A DNA stretch of 64,000 nt from Diadema antillarum (lineage: Eukaryota): the NCBI RefSeq assembly GCF_040938485.1, contig NW_027271464.1, forward strand, positions 558,001-622,000, read 5' to 3'. How positions within the stretch are numbered: the stretch's first letter is position 1; each line of letters opens with the position of its first letter. A program made the translations under genes and the position numbers. The notes below the pieces were generated by a model that was not told where the DNA came from, made no database searches, and saw only the letters and a program-made list of their open reading frames with translations. Below, piece by piece: positions 35,536 through 48,766 of the stretch.

Positions 35536-36699
35536 AACAAGGAAAAGTAGAAATTACGCGGTGCGTAACATATGTCCCCGCCGGAAGTAGCATTTTGTAA
35601 CAAAATGTGCAATATAGGTAAAAAATCAAGGTCAAAGGTCAAAGAAGTCAAAGGTCAAAATTCTGTGTAGAAGTTTTGAAGCCCTCACCTAGTGCCATCA
35701 CATAAAGCAAATGGAATCGAAATTGGGTCAGAAATGGCGAAGGAGTAGCATTTAGTAGCCAATGTACAATATAGGTCAAAAATCAAGGTCAAAGGTCAAA
35801 GAAGACAAAGGTCAAAATTCTGTGTAAAAGTTTTGAAGCCCTCACCTAGTGCTATCACATAAAGCAAACGGAATCGAAATCGGGTTAGAAATGGCGAAGG
35901 AGTAGCATTCTGTAGGAAAATGCACAATATAGGTCAAAAATCAAGGTCAAAGGTCAAAGAAGTCAAAGGTCAAAATTCTGTGTAGAAGTTTTGAAGCCCT
36001 CACCTAGTGCCATCATATAAAGCAAACGGAATCGAAATCGGGTTAAAAATGGCGAAGGAGTAGCATTTCGTAGCAAAATGTACAATATAGGTCAAAAATC
36101 AAGGTCAAAGGTCAAAGAAGTCAAAGGTCAAAATTCTGTGTAGAAGTTTTGAAGCCCTCACCTAGTGCCATCACATAAAGCAAACGGAATCGAAATCGGG
36201 TTAGAAATGGCGAAGGAGTAGCATTTTGTAGCAAAATGTACAATATAGGTCAAAAATCAAGGTCAAAGGTCAAAGAAGTCAAAGGTCAAAATTCTGTGTA
36301 GAAGTTTTGAAGCCCTCACCTAGTGCCATCACATAAAGCAAACGGAATCGAAATCGGGTTAGAAATGGCGAAGGAGTAGCATTTTGTAGCAAAATGTACA
36401 ATATAGGTCAAAGGTCAAGGTCAAAGGTCACGACTGAAATTCTGTGTAGAAGTTTCAAAGCTCCCATGTAGTGCTATCATATAAAGCAAACAGAATCAAA
36501 ATTGGCTCATAAATGACAGAGAAGTAGCAAATTGAAGATTTTGATCACACACGGACGCACACACGGACACACGGACGGACGGACACACGGACGGACGGAC
36601 ACACGGACGGACGGACACACGGACGGACGGACACACGGACACACACACGTACGGAGCCCGTTTCATAGTCCCCTGCTCGAACTCGTTCGGCGGGGACAA
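35536..36699 (-). mobile_element. HINE family 2, copy B (inverted relative to copy A; 5 conserved units plus 1 divergent)
   Basis: Reverse complement of copy A: same subTIRs, hairpin, microsatellite and 157-158-bp units. Confidence 0.9.
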
Positions 36700-36794
36700 T
36701 AAGAGCCATACCAGTATACAGTATGTAAACTCACATCACCACTGCACACTCACACACACACACCATTGCATTTTACACTTTCTTCCTTGCTTAA

Positions 36795-37318
36795 AGGAGT
36801 CCACCTTCATAAACATGTGGATTGAGAGACCGCAGCAATATTAGTAGAACACATTGGTGATAAGTTTGAGGAAAATCGGACAATCCATTCAATAGCTCAG
36901 TCACTGCTGGATGAGAAGACTACTACAGTGGATGATGTCATATGCGTAGGACGATATAAAGAAAATATAAAGAAAATTCAACATATTTTCACTTTTCTCG
37001 CATAGTAATAGAGCACTTGACTTGCATTTTTCAGAAGGCAGGGGAATAATATTACCCTTAACATGTCAGCAGCAAGTCGAGGGAATAACATTCTGTGGAA
37101 TTCTCTTTATCATTTTCTGATATTGTTCTACGCATGTGACATCATACACTGCACATAGTACAGCTGTAGTCTTTTCATCCAGCAGTGACAGTGCAGAAAC
37201 TTCAAAAATACATAACTTTTGGATGAATCGTCTGATTTTCCTCAAACTTTCACTGATGTGTTCTACTGATATTGCTGCATTTTCTCAATCCTTATGTACA
37301 TGAAGGTGGACTTGTCCT
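36795..37318. mobile_element. Kolobok-like non-autonomous DNA transposon, second copy
   Basis: TTAA-AGGAGTCCACC...GGTGGACTTGTCCT-TTAA. Confidence 0.8.
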
Positions 37319-38362
37319 TTAAATTAAATCACCTATCTTCCATAAATAAATCACAGATAAAAGACTGACGTTTGTATTTTCAGAATATCTTTTTATTTCA
37401 ATAATTTGAACTCATACATTTCCTCACTGTATCAGAAGTATGTGATAGAGAACCTGAAAGTCATTCACTGCCATACAACATACAATGTGATCAAAACTTC
37501 TTTTTTTTGGGGGGGGGGGGGGGGAGGGGAGAGGGCAAATTGGAAAGTGATTATTCAGCTTTTGAAGTAACAAATAACATTTTGTGGACCATCCTGAACA
37601 CTTATTTTGGACCGAGATGATCACTTCTCTCAAGTGGAAGTCTCAGTAGCTTGGATGAGCAGTTAGACTACAAAGAAAATGGAGGACATTTGTAGATGAA
37701 AAAGCATACATAACTCTATTATTGTTGACGTCATGAATACCTTTTCAACTTTGTTTCCACAGAGAATATCCTATAGGGATCTCTCACTAGATGGTGTCAT
37801 ATCCACAAAGCTTACAACTTCTGGTATACTAAATTTCTGATGTGGTTACACATTTCCATCTTGGCATGTTCTCGGTGGGTGACTACACTTGCTCATTAAT
37901 TTGATCCTGTGGTGCTTTGCTGCATTGCAAATTGGAAATTGACTTGTCCTTCTTTTCGTAATTGGCACTACCCTCCTCGCAGTCCTGACATTACACGAAG
38001 GCATTCTGAGCAGTTTTCAAGACAAAACCGTTGAATGTATGCTTCATTCATATGGGCAGCTGACATTGTCACGTCCATGTCACACTTGAAAAAACATGCA
38101 ACATAAATCCAAAATTCGTCGAATCCACATGAAGTCATATGAGTGTTCCTACACCATCATCAGAAGAAGGCTACGGTGAATTCTTCCAAGCCTCCACGCA
38201 AGCCCAAATGTCATGCTCAAGATATGAAAACATGGAATTATTCTAAGAGCAGCAGATGGCTTATGAAACACAACTTCCCTCACACGCTCACACTTCCTTG
38301 GGTACGACATCATTCCCATACAGGCAAATTGCAAAAATCTCCGCTGGCAGTCCTGTTGCTCA

Positions 38363-38563
38363 TTAGTTGTACATCTCATATGTGTATTGCTCCGTGTGGG
38401 TCGCATCAAAGGACACCGATATGGAGTCAATCTCCAGCGCAAACTCCCCGTCAACGGCGTCAGCCATTGTCAGGCCGATGGCAGTGACCGACTCAAGGTC
38501 AGGAGGAGTCTGCTTGTCCTGGACACGGCCTTTGCTGGACATGAAGAACTTGGTGAAGGGTAT
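38363..38563 (-). CDS. NDUFAF1: NDUFAF1 exon 3 (terminal)
   Basis: cag|IPFTKFFMSSKGRVQDKQ...IGLTMADAVDGEFALEIDSISVSFDATHTEQYTYEMYN*. Confidence 0.96.
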   Translation of the reverse strand: MPFTKFFMSSKGRVQDKQTPPDLESVTAIGLTMADAVDGEFALEIDSISVSFDATHTEQYTYEMYN

Positions 38564-38898
38564 CTGAGGCAGAAAGAAGAGGGACAGGTTGCATATAAAT
38601 AAACATTTTGATACACAATTACATTTATATTGTAAACTGATACATAACAAGCTCCTTCCAAAACATCTTCTTGCCCCAAAAATTCAAAGTTTCTTTGTAT
38701 TTCATTGTTTTGCAAACCATGATGTAACAAAAATCTAATGTATCAAAATTCACTAATCCAAAAGAGTTTTTTTTTTTTCACAAGCTTCCACTGCACATTA
38801 AATGAGTCTATAGTAATGAACCTCATAGTTGAAACTTAATCATTATTGAGGAGAAGGCTGAAAAAGAAAGAAGAATTATGTCATGGGTCTATAAAATA

Positions 38899-39785
38899 CC
38901 AAGTGTTACAAAAACAATTTCCCACTTATTGTTTTTAATACTTCCAAAACTAGATATCAGATAACACTGACATTGATATGAGCAATAGCTAAATAGGGTG
39001 CACTTTTGTTGGAGGTACAATTGTAATTCGAAAGTAAAAAATCATAAAAACCACTTTCATTAAATTCATATAGTCATTTTTAAGTTTAAATTATATATAA
39101 ATTTGTATATAAATTTTTTATATTTAAGTTAGGGCTCAGATTTTGCTCTACTTTCAACCCTCTGTACAAAACTTTAACTTTGCACAGGGGTCAATTGGTG
39201 TGTATGAGAGTGTGTGGTTAACACCCAGGCAATGGTCGTGAATAATGGCCACGGTTTGAATGCTCTAATACATATTCATGAGAAATTCCGATATCACAGC
39301 TAGTCTTTATTCATCCTTAAATGTAGTGTATGCAAGCACATGGCATGTGCTAGCTTTTTTCACGTGAATGCATTTTACCCTTTACCATGAATTCAGAATA
39401 GCAGTGCTCAGGGCAATTCATGAATTATTAATAAAGAATTCATGTGCCTTGGAGCAAGAGACCAGAAGCCTAGTCAGCAGAGCTCTGCAAAAAATGATAT
39501 TTGTGGTATTCCTGTCTATTGTTAGGGTCATTGTAAGCACACACTGACATGTTTCTGTGTTAAGTTCAATTTTGTGCAGAGGGTTCAAATTTAACAAAAA
39601 TCTGGAACTTAACTTTAAAATCAATCATGGATATAATGAAACTGATCCATGTTTTCAGAGTCAAATTACCTCTAATAAAATTGTACACTATAATTCAACT
39701 ATTACTCATATCAATGACAGTGTTCTCTGATATGTAGTTTTCGAGCTATTAAGGATCAAAAGTGGGAAACGTTTTTTGTAACACC
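38899..39785. mobile_element. mariner-like non-autonomous element in NDUFAF1 intron
   Basis: ~110-bp imperfect inverted arms GTGTTACAAAAA...TTCCCACTT / AAGTGGGAAA...TTTTTGTAACACC, flanked by TA. Confidence 0.65.
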
Positions 39786-40370
39786 TACATGCAGTAGGTG
39801 CAACATTTCTGCAAGGGCTCTGTAGAAGTTGGACAAATGCCAAGACTGAAATTTTCGCGTACAGATATTTTCGCGAATTGCTACATGTACTTGGAGGACA
39901 TTTTCGCGTGTTGTTAATTTCGCGGTTGCGAGGGTCTAACTGAACTTAGTTATTCGCGCGTTGTTATTTTCGCGTGTTGTTATTTCCGTGGTTCAAAGGC
40001 GATTCGCGAAATTTGCGAAAATAAAACCACCGCAAAAATTTCAGCTTGTACAGTATTTGAATAATACAAGAGCATCTAAAGTGATCTCTATAAAGAAATT
40101 GTCATCTTGGGTCAGATGACTGAAATTATTTGCATACTGCTCATGAATTTGTTCTGTGTTGGATGACTTCCCCTTGTCCCATTTTACTCAAATCTGCACA
40201 TCCTTATCTCTGCAATGCCACTGAAATCATTCAAGTTTTCTGACGGAGGGAATTTCTCCTTACGGCAGGAGCAAAGGAGTGAATGGAACCTTCTTATGTG
40301 GCACAAACTTGGAAGTTTGAGCTAAAGCTTGATATCTTTCTAATGAGACTGGATGAGTCACTTCTCTTAC

Positions 40371-40556
40371 CGAAACATCCTGCCAGTATGGGCCGCCCCT
40401 TGTGAACATGAAGTAGCTCCAAACGTCATCATGCGTGTCCGTGAAATAACCCTTGATTATAAGATTCACCATATACGCCCTACCATCGCCCCTGACCCTC
40501 ATCCGCAACACGTTGAATGGAGACAGATCAAACGAAAGCTTTCTGTTGAAGGACCC
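40371..40556 (-). CDS. NDUFAF1: NDUFAF1 exon 2
   Basis: cag|GSFNRKLSFDLSPFNVLRMRVRGDGRAYMVNLIIKGYFTDTHDDVWSYFMFTRGGPYWQDVS|gtaaga; RVRGDGR and FTRGGPYWQ motifs. Confidence 0.97.
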
Positions 40557-41028
40557 CTGCAGCAGACCAAAAAAAAAAATTGATATTTCCAGCAAAGGGC
40601 AAACTGAAAGGGAATACAATAATTCCCTCAGCAGACTGCAAAGTATAACAGCAATTTGTGAAATCCACAACATCTAAATACTAGTTCATCTTCCTTGGAA
40701 GATGGGGGGGGGGGGGGGCTGATATCACCTGTTAATGTCACTTGCCATCATAATCAAATCCTGTAGCTAATCTGCATCGACTTCTGCGAATAGATATTTA
40801 CTGAATTACACATTAACTGTACTTTGTATGTACTGTATGACAATCATGTTGTATTCTGACAGGAATATAACTGTACAAATAGAAAATAAACATTTATGAG
40901 ATAAGAGAAAGAAATGAAAATTTGGGGAATGAATGACATATAGAGGTTTTACACTACATACCTATCAAATTATCACTGTACATCAAATGATATAGAGAGA
41001 ATGACTCTGACGGGCAGAATCTACTCAC

Positions 41029-41496
41029 ATAGACCTGCTTTGATCGAATAGCGCAGTAACCACTTCTCGCAGTTTCTCCGTCACGGGGTACCTCGGTACA
41101 CAGGTTACCATGGAAGAGCAGTTTGTTGTTCCGGCTGATAGACAGGGCTGCCGTGCTCCTGCCTCCAATATCCTTGTCCGTTTGCACTGTGAAATCGTCC
41201 ACGCTCTCCGGGCCGCGAAAGTGCCACAGCACTCGATTCTGGTCGAACATGGTATCGAGGTTTGGGCTGCGTAGCTTCGTCATCATCTCCTCCCCCAACA
41301 TCTTCACATTCCGATTGAAGTACTTGAGTAAACTCTCCCTACGCCGTGTACTTTGGCCATCTCTGCCATCCGAACCTGTGCTGCTCAACCTGCAACACCC
41401 AGCACAGACGGGAGGGGTCCTTCCCCAAAGTTCTAGTGTTCTTCTCCCGAATAAGTGTCTGACAAGGGCAGGGCACTTTCGTTGTAGTAGAGCCAT
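41029..41496 (-). CDS. NDUFAF1: Complex I assembly factor CIA30, coding exon 1 of 3 (join 41029-41496, 40371-40556, 38363-38563; 284 aa)
   Basis: GCACCATGG start; presequence-like N-terminus, then VLWHFRG...DKDIGGRS...FHGNLCTEVPRDGETARSGYCAIRSK (CIA30 domain); donor TAT|gtgagt. Confidence 0.95.
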
Positions 41497-42280
41497 GGTG
41501 CACAGTTCTAGGTAGATCTCCACATAAATCCTAATCAACAATACCGTGTGCTTGATTAAACTCCTCTGCTCTGGATGATTACAGTGCAGTCATTTGTACA
41601 TTCAGATTCTATGACATCATGCACTGCTCACCAATGCATTTTGAATTTTGTATGCATTCTGCTTCCTGCTGCATTGTGAACATTTCTTAAACCTGCAAAT
41701 AAGAAAATGAAAAAGGAGTAAGAAAAAAAAAAGATGAAACTTGGCCCTGCCCTGGAGGGGGAAAAACTAAAAGGGTAGACTATAGATTTAAAACTTAATA
41801 CAAAACATTCACTCATTTTAACCAGTAAATTTATATTAAACATACGTTTGCCCAACCAGACGCCGTGCGCCAGCACCGACACTTGTGTACAGCGATGCTA
41901 GGGCTGTGTATAATTAAATATACGATATATACATACATGTATACTGTTCAGACAGATAATTTGTCTGTCCTCTGGAGGCTTTTAAAAAAAATAACTTTTT
42001 GACTTTAAGTTTATGGCCCTCCTTCGATCGGAAAGAGGGGATCCTGTGAAAGCCAGATATACTCATAGTCTCTGTGGAGCATATCCCCGACTTCAACAAG
42101 ATAAAGAGTCAAACTTAAGACCCGATCTTTCGGTCAGGGTATTGTACCGGTATATGAAAAATTCACTCTGTACCATACAATCACACAAACTAGTAGTAAG
42201 ATACATGTACTGTATGTTGTGGATTGTATTCTATAGTCATATCCATTTTTAATTTTATCTTATTTAACCTGAAACAACAT

Positions 42281-42964
42281 CAATTCGGGAAACCCACTCA
42301 CAAGGGGGGCCCCTCCTTAGTACTGTAACCCGTCCCCCTTATAAGTAACCCCGTCCCCCTTATAAGTAACCCCCGGGGCACCCCTTATAAGGAGTCTCCA
42401 TGCTTTTTTGCAATGCAACGCGAAAATGAAAGGACTGCGGCAATTCGCTTGATTATGTCCATAAAGCTTCACAAGTTTCCTAGTTACTCACGAAATTTGA
42501 GCAAAAACGGTTTGAGGCATCATATCTAAAATCATGGATTTAAATGCGATGTCAAACGACCCATGCGAATGCTGAAATGCGAGCGATTACTGGCGTGAGT
42601 GTCGCCAGGCGCGGCGGCGCGGCAATGCTTGAGTGCAGACGTGGCGACCGAGTACGAAATAGACGCATAGGTCGTTTGACATCGCATTTAAATCCATGAT
42701 TTTAGATACAAGTATGATGCCTCAAACCGATTTTGCTCAAATTTCGTGAGTAACTAGGAAACTTGTGAAGCTTTATGGACATAATCAAGCGAATTACCGC
42801 AGTCCTTTCATTTTCGCGTTGCATTGCAAAAAAGCGTGGAGACTCCGTCCTAAAGTTATAAGGGGTGCCCCAGGGGTTATTTATAAGGGGGACGGGGTTA
42901 CTTAAAAAGGGGGACGGGTTACTTGGAAGGAGGGGCCCCCCTTGTGAGTGGGTTTCCCGAACTG
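42281..42964. mobile_element. Foldback element: ~290-bp near-perfect arms around a ~96-bp GC-rich spacer
   Basis: Arms 42281-42567 and 42664-42964 are reverse complements; ACAT directly flanks both ends. Confidence 0.85.
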
Positions 42965-43492
42965 ACATACATGTTGGGTCATTTTACATTTTTATTTTCA
43001 CCATGCACCATATGTTCAGACATGCATTCACTGCATACTGAACACTGTTGTAAACTTGTTACTAAATTGAATGTTATTTGTTAAATTTACTAAAATGTTA
43101 GACTTGTTTAATCCAACTAAGTTTACCAATATCATGTAATTTACGTTTGTAAAGTGTAAAACCCTGAGTCATGACTATGAGAGTATCCTGAAAGACAACC
43201 CCGAGCAAGCAAACCAAACTAATTTATAATCACATAGCCTTACTAAACGTTGGTGTCAAGCTGGAGGAGAAAGAGGAAATCCAAATAAATTTACAGTAAG
43301 ATGAGGACCCTAAATGCCTAACGCTAGACACGTCCACCTGGTGACCTACGCCTAGTCAATAAACAACGTTATATTCATCCAGAATTAGAAAGATTTTGGA
43401 TGAAGTTTCTCTAAACTAGCAACCAGGAAATAGGAATTTTCATCACTGCTCCCCCTCTGTTAAATTGTACTAAAATCTCTGGAAATACTTAC

Positions 43493-44254
43493 CAATCACT
43501 CAGATCTCGCACAGTACACTTGTATTATTATCAACCTTTTCCAGCAGTATTTTACACGTGTAGCGCGCGTGTTGCGAAATGGTAAAGCACAGTACTAGCA
43601 CAGTACAGCACGGCAATATGCGATCGCCATGCATGCACGTTGCGTATGCGCTCGCCGATCTCTCACTCGCTACCTTTGCATTTTTGTGTGCGTGTTACGT
43701 GTGTAAGTACCGTGTGATACGTGTGCGTACTGCTGTTGCGTTTACACGCTGATTGTGCAATGGCGACGATGACAAGGAATCGTTACTCAGCTTCCAATGT
43801 TCGCTCATTTTTCTTCATTTTTCAGCTTTTTTCTTCCTAACTGTGGCCAACCATTGTAATTATGGCGACTTAGGTTCCAGCAGTCGGCGGAGTGTCTTCT
43901 GAGAGAAGTGAAAGGAAAGTGTAATTCGCCGAACTGTCTCGATACGATAAGCAGAAATAAACGTCAACTTCAGTGTGTGACAAATCAACTAACATTACAG
44001 GGAAAGCAATATTGTGGGACTACGAGATCGAGTAGCTACAGGGCAGTCTTTCCAGAACCAGTCTGTGCCGCACGCTCTGTCTGACATCTGTGTCGTGTGT
44101 CTGGTCTGTTTCGCTGCTCCATCCTGATACGCAATCCCTTTTCCAAACATTCGGTATCTTTCCAGCTTGACCTTCATTTATTTTTTTTCCTCGGTGACCA
44201 GGAGACAATTAGCGTATCCTAGAAATTAGAATAGAAGTAAGGTCTACTTTCATC
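43493..44254. promoter_or_regulatory. Putative bidirectional promoter for NDUFAF1 and EIF1AD
   Basis: CpG-rich; strong minus-strand donor TG|gtaagt at 43493/43492 that would feed the acceptor at 41530 just upstream of the NDUFAF1 ATG; EIF1AD ATG at 44255. Confidence 0.55.
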
Positions 44255-44341
44255 ATGTCCAAAGCTACAAAGCGGAAACACGTCACGCGGGAAGTGTTAG
44301 AAGATTACATTTTACCAGAGGAGAATCAGCAAATCTTAAAG
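44255..44341 (+). CDS. EIF1AD: Probable RNA-binding protein EIF1AD, coding exon 1 of 4 (join 44255-44341, 46594-46702, 47600-47708, 50854-51229; 226 aa)
   Basis: [29 protein letters not shown]|gttggt; characteristic MSxATKRKHV start. Too short for the ORF track. Confidence 0.95.
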
Positions 44342-46593
44342 GTTGGTCATTTAAGATTACCTTGGAATAAACTCTTATCAAAAGTTGTAATGCTAGTGTT
44401 GCTTATTGATATAAAATAAATGTTATATTCTTATTTCGGGTAAATTACAGAATACTGGCAACCAATCACGGAGAGCGCAAATCGCTCTGAAAAGAGCGCA
44501 ATTACGCTTGCCGATAGCAACCATGAACCATCTGAAATATTAAAATCTGATCTGCGATACGGTCTGTGATTCGGCTGTCGACAATTACATTTGTTTACGT
44601 GTATTTTCTTTAATCTGTGCGATGAGAAGTAATGGTACACACAGTGTATCTTACGTTGTTCTTGGGGGTTTCGGGTGTGTCCCCTGTCTGATCCGAATAA
44701 TGTAGTTCTAACGTTTATACTTCTACCTACATGTACACGTTGTACATGTAGATCCTGACGATCCTAGTCTAGACTAGCTGTTAAAATTTTCCTGAATTTT
44801 AGGGGCTGAGGATAGAGCAAAATATCCCGTTTGCGGCAGTTTAAGCATTGTTAAAGGGGTTTTCCAACTTGTAAACAAATCAGGCAAATTATTTTCAACC
44901 ATTTCAGATATATCATAGACAAGATTATTCATTAACGCAATTGTTTTCATAAAAGAAATTTACCATTGATCAGCGCAGTTTTCATGATTTACCAGGGCAA
45001 AACCCGGCACAATTTTCGCCGATAAGGGCGATATGCGACGTAGTATTTCTGCTTGCGGCACGATGTACAATCCCTATGCAATACGCGCATGCTCCGCGAT
45101 CTTTAGCTGAATGCCTTCGCATGTCTCGCGAACATTTCGTAAGCGCCAATTCCCATTGCGAAAGCACGTGAAAATAGCGGGCGCACATGCATTGGCCACA
45201 CAAGATCGCAATTCTGGCGGTGTTGTTGATGTCTTTCTAGTGTTTTTCTGAATTTTTTCGATGGTAAAATCCACTTTCCGAACAAAAATGGTGTCCCACA
45301 TCGGCTCGCGAAAGTTCTATTTTATGTGAGGATATGTTTTCAAAATCCATGAGCATCGGGAAAACGACAAAAAAATCAAGTTTCTTGGACCATTATTTCT
45401 TAATTGTTATGTTAAGAAGTACCGAAAATTTTATTTTTGATGCGATATGTTGTCATTTAGGTGAGAAAATTTCACACTGTCAGAGATCGTGCCCATTTTA
45501 TCGGTTGGTTTTTGTTGATTGCTAATGTGTTAGTATATGTGTAGTGTGCATGTAACAGTGCAATGCTGTGTTTAGCGGTATATTACCGTGTATGTTGCAC
45601 CTGCCGCGAACGGCTGCACGGCCGCTTACTGCCACAGTTGCTCTAGTCCGTATTCATGTAGACAACTGGAAAATGATGGCAATTTAGGTGAGACTGGAAA
45701 ACAATCACTTATCTAATTGCTGGTGCTAGAGCTTTACGCCCTGTGCGGGTGCGTTTGACAGCCTACCATGTTGACTCAATATACAGCATACGTACATGTA
45801 CATTGTGCTGTGTACAAGTACGTGTGCGTATTGAGTCTGCAGATTGCGCGCATGTTTACTAGTATATAGTGTACGGGCTAGTGGTTGAGCACGCGGTTGT
45901 CTCATGACAAAACGCGTATCATACGCGCTGCCTTGCCAAACTAGTGTAGTGTGATTGATCGTGAATGACTTGTGTCAAAAAGAGATGAAGGAAGAAGGAT
46001 GCCAGCTGTGATGACGTCATCACCTTTAAAGTAGTTCCGCCAAAATCGGCTCGATTTAATTTATTGATGATTTACCGTACTCAAGTTATCTTGATTTAGA
46101 GCAGTTTTCCTCCGAAACCACTCAATTTTCTTAATAATTGTGTGGTCAACCAACTTTTTGACAGTCGTTCTGTTCCCAGACTTTTTTGAGGCCCCAGACG
46201 ACGGGAAAGAAGAATTTCAGCCCTTTGGGCTGAAATTCATCTCAAAGGAAGAGCCACCTGAGGCATCTCTGGTGGCTCTTATACGCACCAATATGCTAAT
46301 TTATATGACGCAAAACCGGTATTCTGTAATTTCCCCCTTATTTTGTATCTTTAATCAAAGAGTGGTCTATAAATAGGGTCTAGTAGTATAGTACATAGGT
46401 CCACCTAAATTTATACATGTGTTGGCCCTAGAGAGTAGAATCTATGGCAGCATTTCATTTAAGGTAAGTAGGCTCTAATAAGATGGTATGAAACTTGATG
46501 GTATTGCAATACCATAGTCTTCAACTATTTATATGAAAGCGTTTTAGTAAGTGTTCTTTTAATATGCAAATGATCGGTGTGTCTCAATCTCAG

Positions 46594-46702
46594 ATACTCG
46601 GAGGGAGGGGGAACAACCTCCATGAGGCCCAGACTTCCTCGGGGGATAAATTCCTCATCAGCATGCCCACCAGATTCCGCAAAAATGTGTGGATCAAGCG
46701 AG
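46594..46702 (+). CDS. EIF1AD: EIF1AD exon 2
   Basis: cag|ILGGRGNNLHEAQTSSGDKFLISMPTRFRKNVWIKR G|gtaaga; S1/eIF1A-like OB fold (GNNLHE...SMP.xFRKNxWIKRG). Confidence 0.97.
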
Positions 46703-47599
46703 GTAAGACACATGTGCATAGCACAGATGTTTCAGACTGGGATCAAATGTTTAAAAACATATGAACATATTTCAAGAAAGTATGTTTGTTTTCCTTTTCA
46801 TTGTATTATTATGATTTTTTTTTTAATGAAGAAAGTTAACAAGAGTGGGGGGGGGGGAGGGAGTAAACACCATGCCCCCACCATGGGGCCCTCTCAATGG
46901 AGCTGAACATTGCAATTCTGTTTAGCTCCCTTCTACAGTACTCCAGTATTCTTGACCTCAGTGTTAATGTCCCAATGCAAGGCACTTCCTCCTCAGTCCT
47001 TCAACAGGTACTGAAGGTGCCAGTACTGCAGTATCTTGGTTGTTTGCTCCTAAAGTGTATTTGAACTGTATCCTTTTAATTTGCTATGTAGAATCAATCC
47101 ACTCTAACTCAAACTAACATGAAACAACATAATAAAAGATAAAAAAGAGCTGAAACTAACTGAATTATTAATTTTTTTTTTCTGCTAATCACTGTCTTTG
47201 TTTTTCATTGATATTATCTGTGAATCCTTGTAAGGGGTATGTTTTATTACCGTGTAAAAACTGGCGGTATTTTATTAAAGATGTGAGGCATCTGTTTTTG
47301 TCAGTTTACATGTACACAGTAACACTTTAAGGGACTAATTATAGCCTCCCATGAAGTTTGCCATAGTTTAATCAAATCTTACATTCATACTTAATACATA
47401 TCTGATTGTATATGTGTCGAATATACTACTAATTTACTCTGCTTCAAAATGATGTATTTTTTGTGTTTTTTTAAAAGTGAAAGTCAAATATTTGATTTCA
47501 GTAATGGTTTGAACGCTGTGATTTAATATCATCTCTTCATTGACTACAACACGCTCTAGTCAAAATCAAATTCAACTCTACCTGTTGTCTGTAACACAG

Positions 47600-47708
47600 G
47601 AGATTATGTTGTTGCGGACCCCATCGCTGAAGGTGACAAAGTGAAAGCAGAGATTGTAGCCATCCTCTATCCTAAGCAGATCAAGTACATCAAGCATGAG
47701 GGCCTTTG
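47600..47708 (+). CDS. EIF1AD: EIF1AD exon 3
   Basis: cag|(G)DYVVADPIAEGDKVKAEIVAILYPKQIKYIKHEGL TG|gtaaga. Confidence 0.96.
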
Positions 47709-47837
47709 GTAAGATCTATATCATTATACAGTAGCACTATCTGAATGTGTTTTGTGTTGTGCTAGCAGTATTGCAGTATTCGGTAATGTTTGATAGATCG
47801 TTCTTCTATATTGTCAGTGTAAATATGAGATGATATA

Positions 47838-48766
47838 CAGTTAAACTCGCATAAGTCGATCTTCTCGGGACTGAGCAAAACACATCGACTTAAGCGATTT
47901 TCGACTTGTGCGTAAGTCGAAAAAAATCGACTTAACAACAGTTACACCACATGTACATTATGTATAAATGTACATGTATGTTGTCTACTCTGGAGCCGAG
48001 AGCTGGAGAGGTGGTGTGCCGCAGCGCAGGTCGCCCGGCAGGGCCGCGGCTAACTTTGCATGGACAGTGCATTAGTATTGGCACAGGTCCGATTACTTTA
48101 CACCCTTGTTAAACCTTGGGGAAGTGAATATGAACGATATTTGAGCAGTGATTGATTCCAGTTTACCATACCGTGGCTTGAAATGCGTGTAACCTTAGAG
48201 GTGTAATTCTGATTTACCTGTGCCCGTAACTTTCCCCCTTCTTTCCGCTTTGAAAACTCAGCAGCTTCATCCATCCACTGCACAGCGCAGACTGCAAACA
48301 TACACAGACTATACACAGCCCAGTCGCTGTACGCACAACTATTACACAGCCGAGTCGCTGTACGTACCTAGCGCTAGCGCGACAGGGCTGGACCAGCGGA
48401 CCGCTCCAAACACGAAGAGAGTTCAACAATCGCGTGCGATCGCTTTGAATTTTGATACTTTAGATCTTTTTTTTGTCACTTGTCTGGTCGGGCTAGTTCT
48501 TATGTAAACAAAAACTGGCATCTCGTGATTTTGACAGTGATTTATTGCACAATAAAATCGTATTCGACTTAGGCACAGTGAATTCAATGGTTTTTCCGTG
48601 AAAGTGTTCTTGGAATTTCATCGACTTAGCCGAGTATTCAACTTACAAAATTCGACTTGTGAGTGAATTAATACACGTAAGTCAATGGGGAAAAATCGGG
48701 ACTTTTTTAAATCATCGACTTGCGCGATTATTCGACATATGCGATGTCGACTTAGGCGAGTTTATG
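47838..48766. mobile_element. pogo/Tigger-like non-autonomous element
   Basis: TA-CAGTTAAACTCGCATAAGTCGA...TCGACTTAGGCGAGTTTA(T)GTA with repeated TCGACTT motifs. Confidence 0.7.

Noticed and set aside
42105-42140. Third hammerhead-like string (minus: CTGACCGA AAGA TCGGG TCTT AAGTT)
   Set aside because: Extra base in CUGANGA, no GAAA and no stem I; too degenerate to support.
43995-44208. Short minus-strand ORFs in the promoter
   Set aside because: Expected by chance in GC-rich promoter DNA; no homology recognised.
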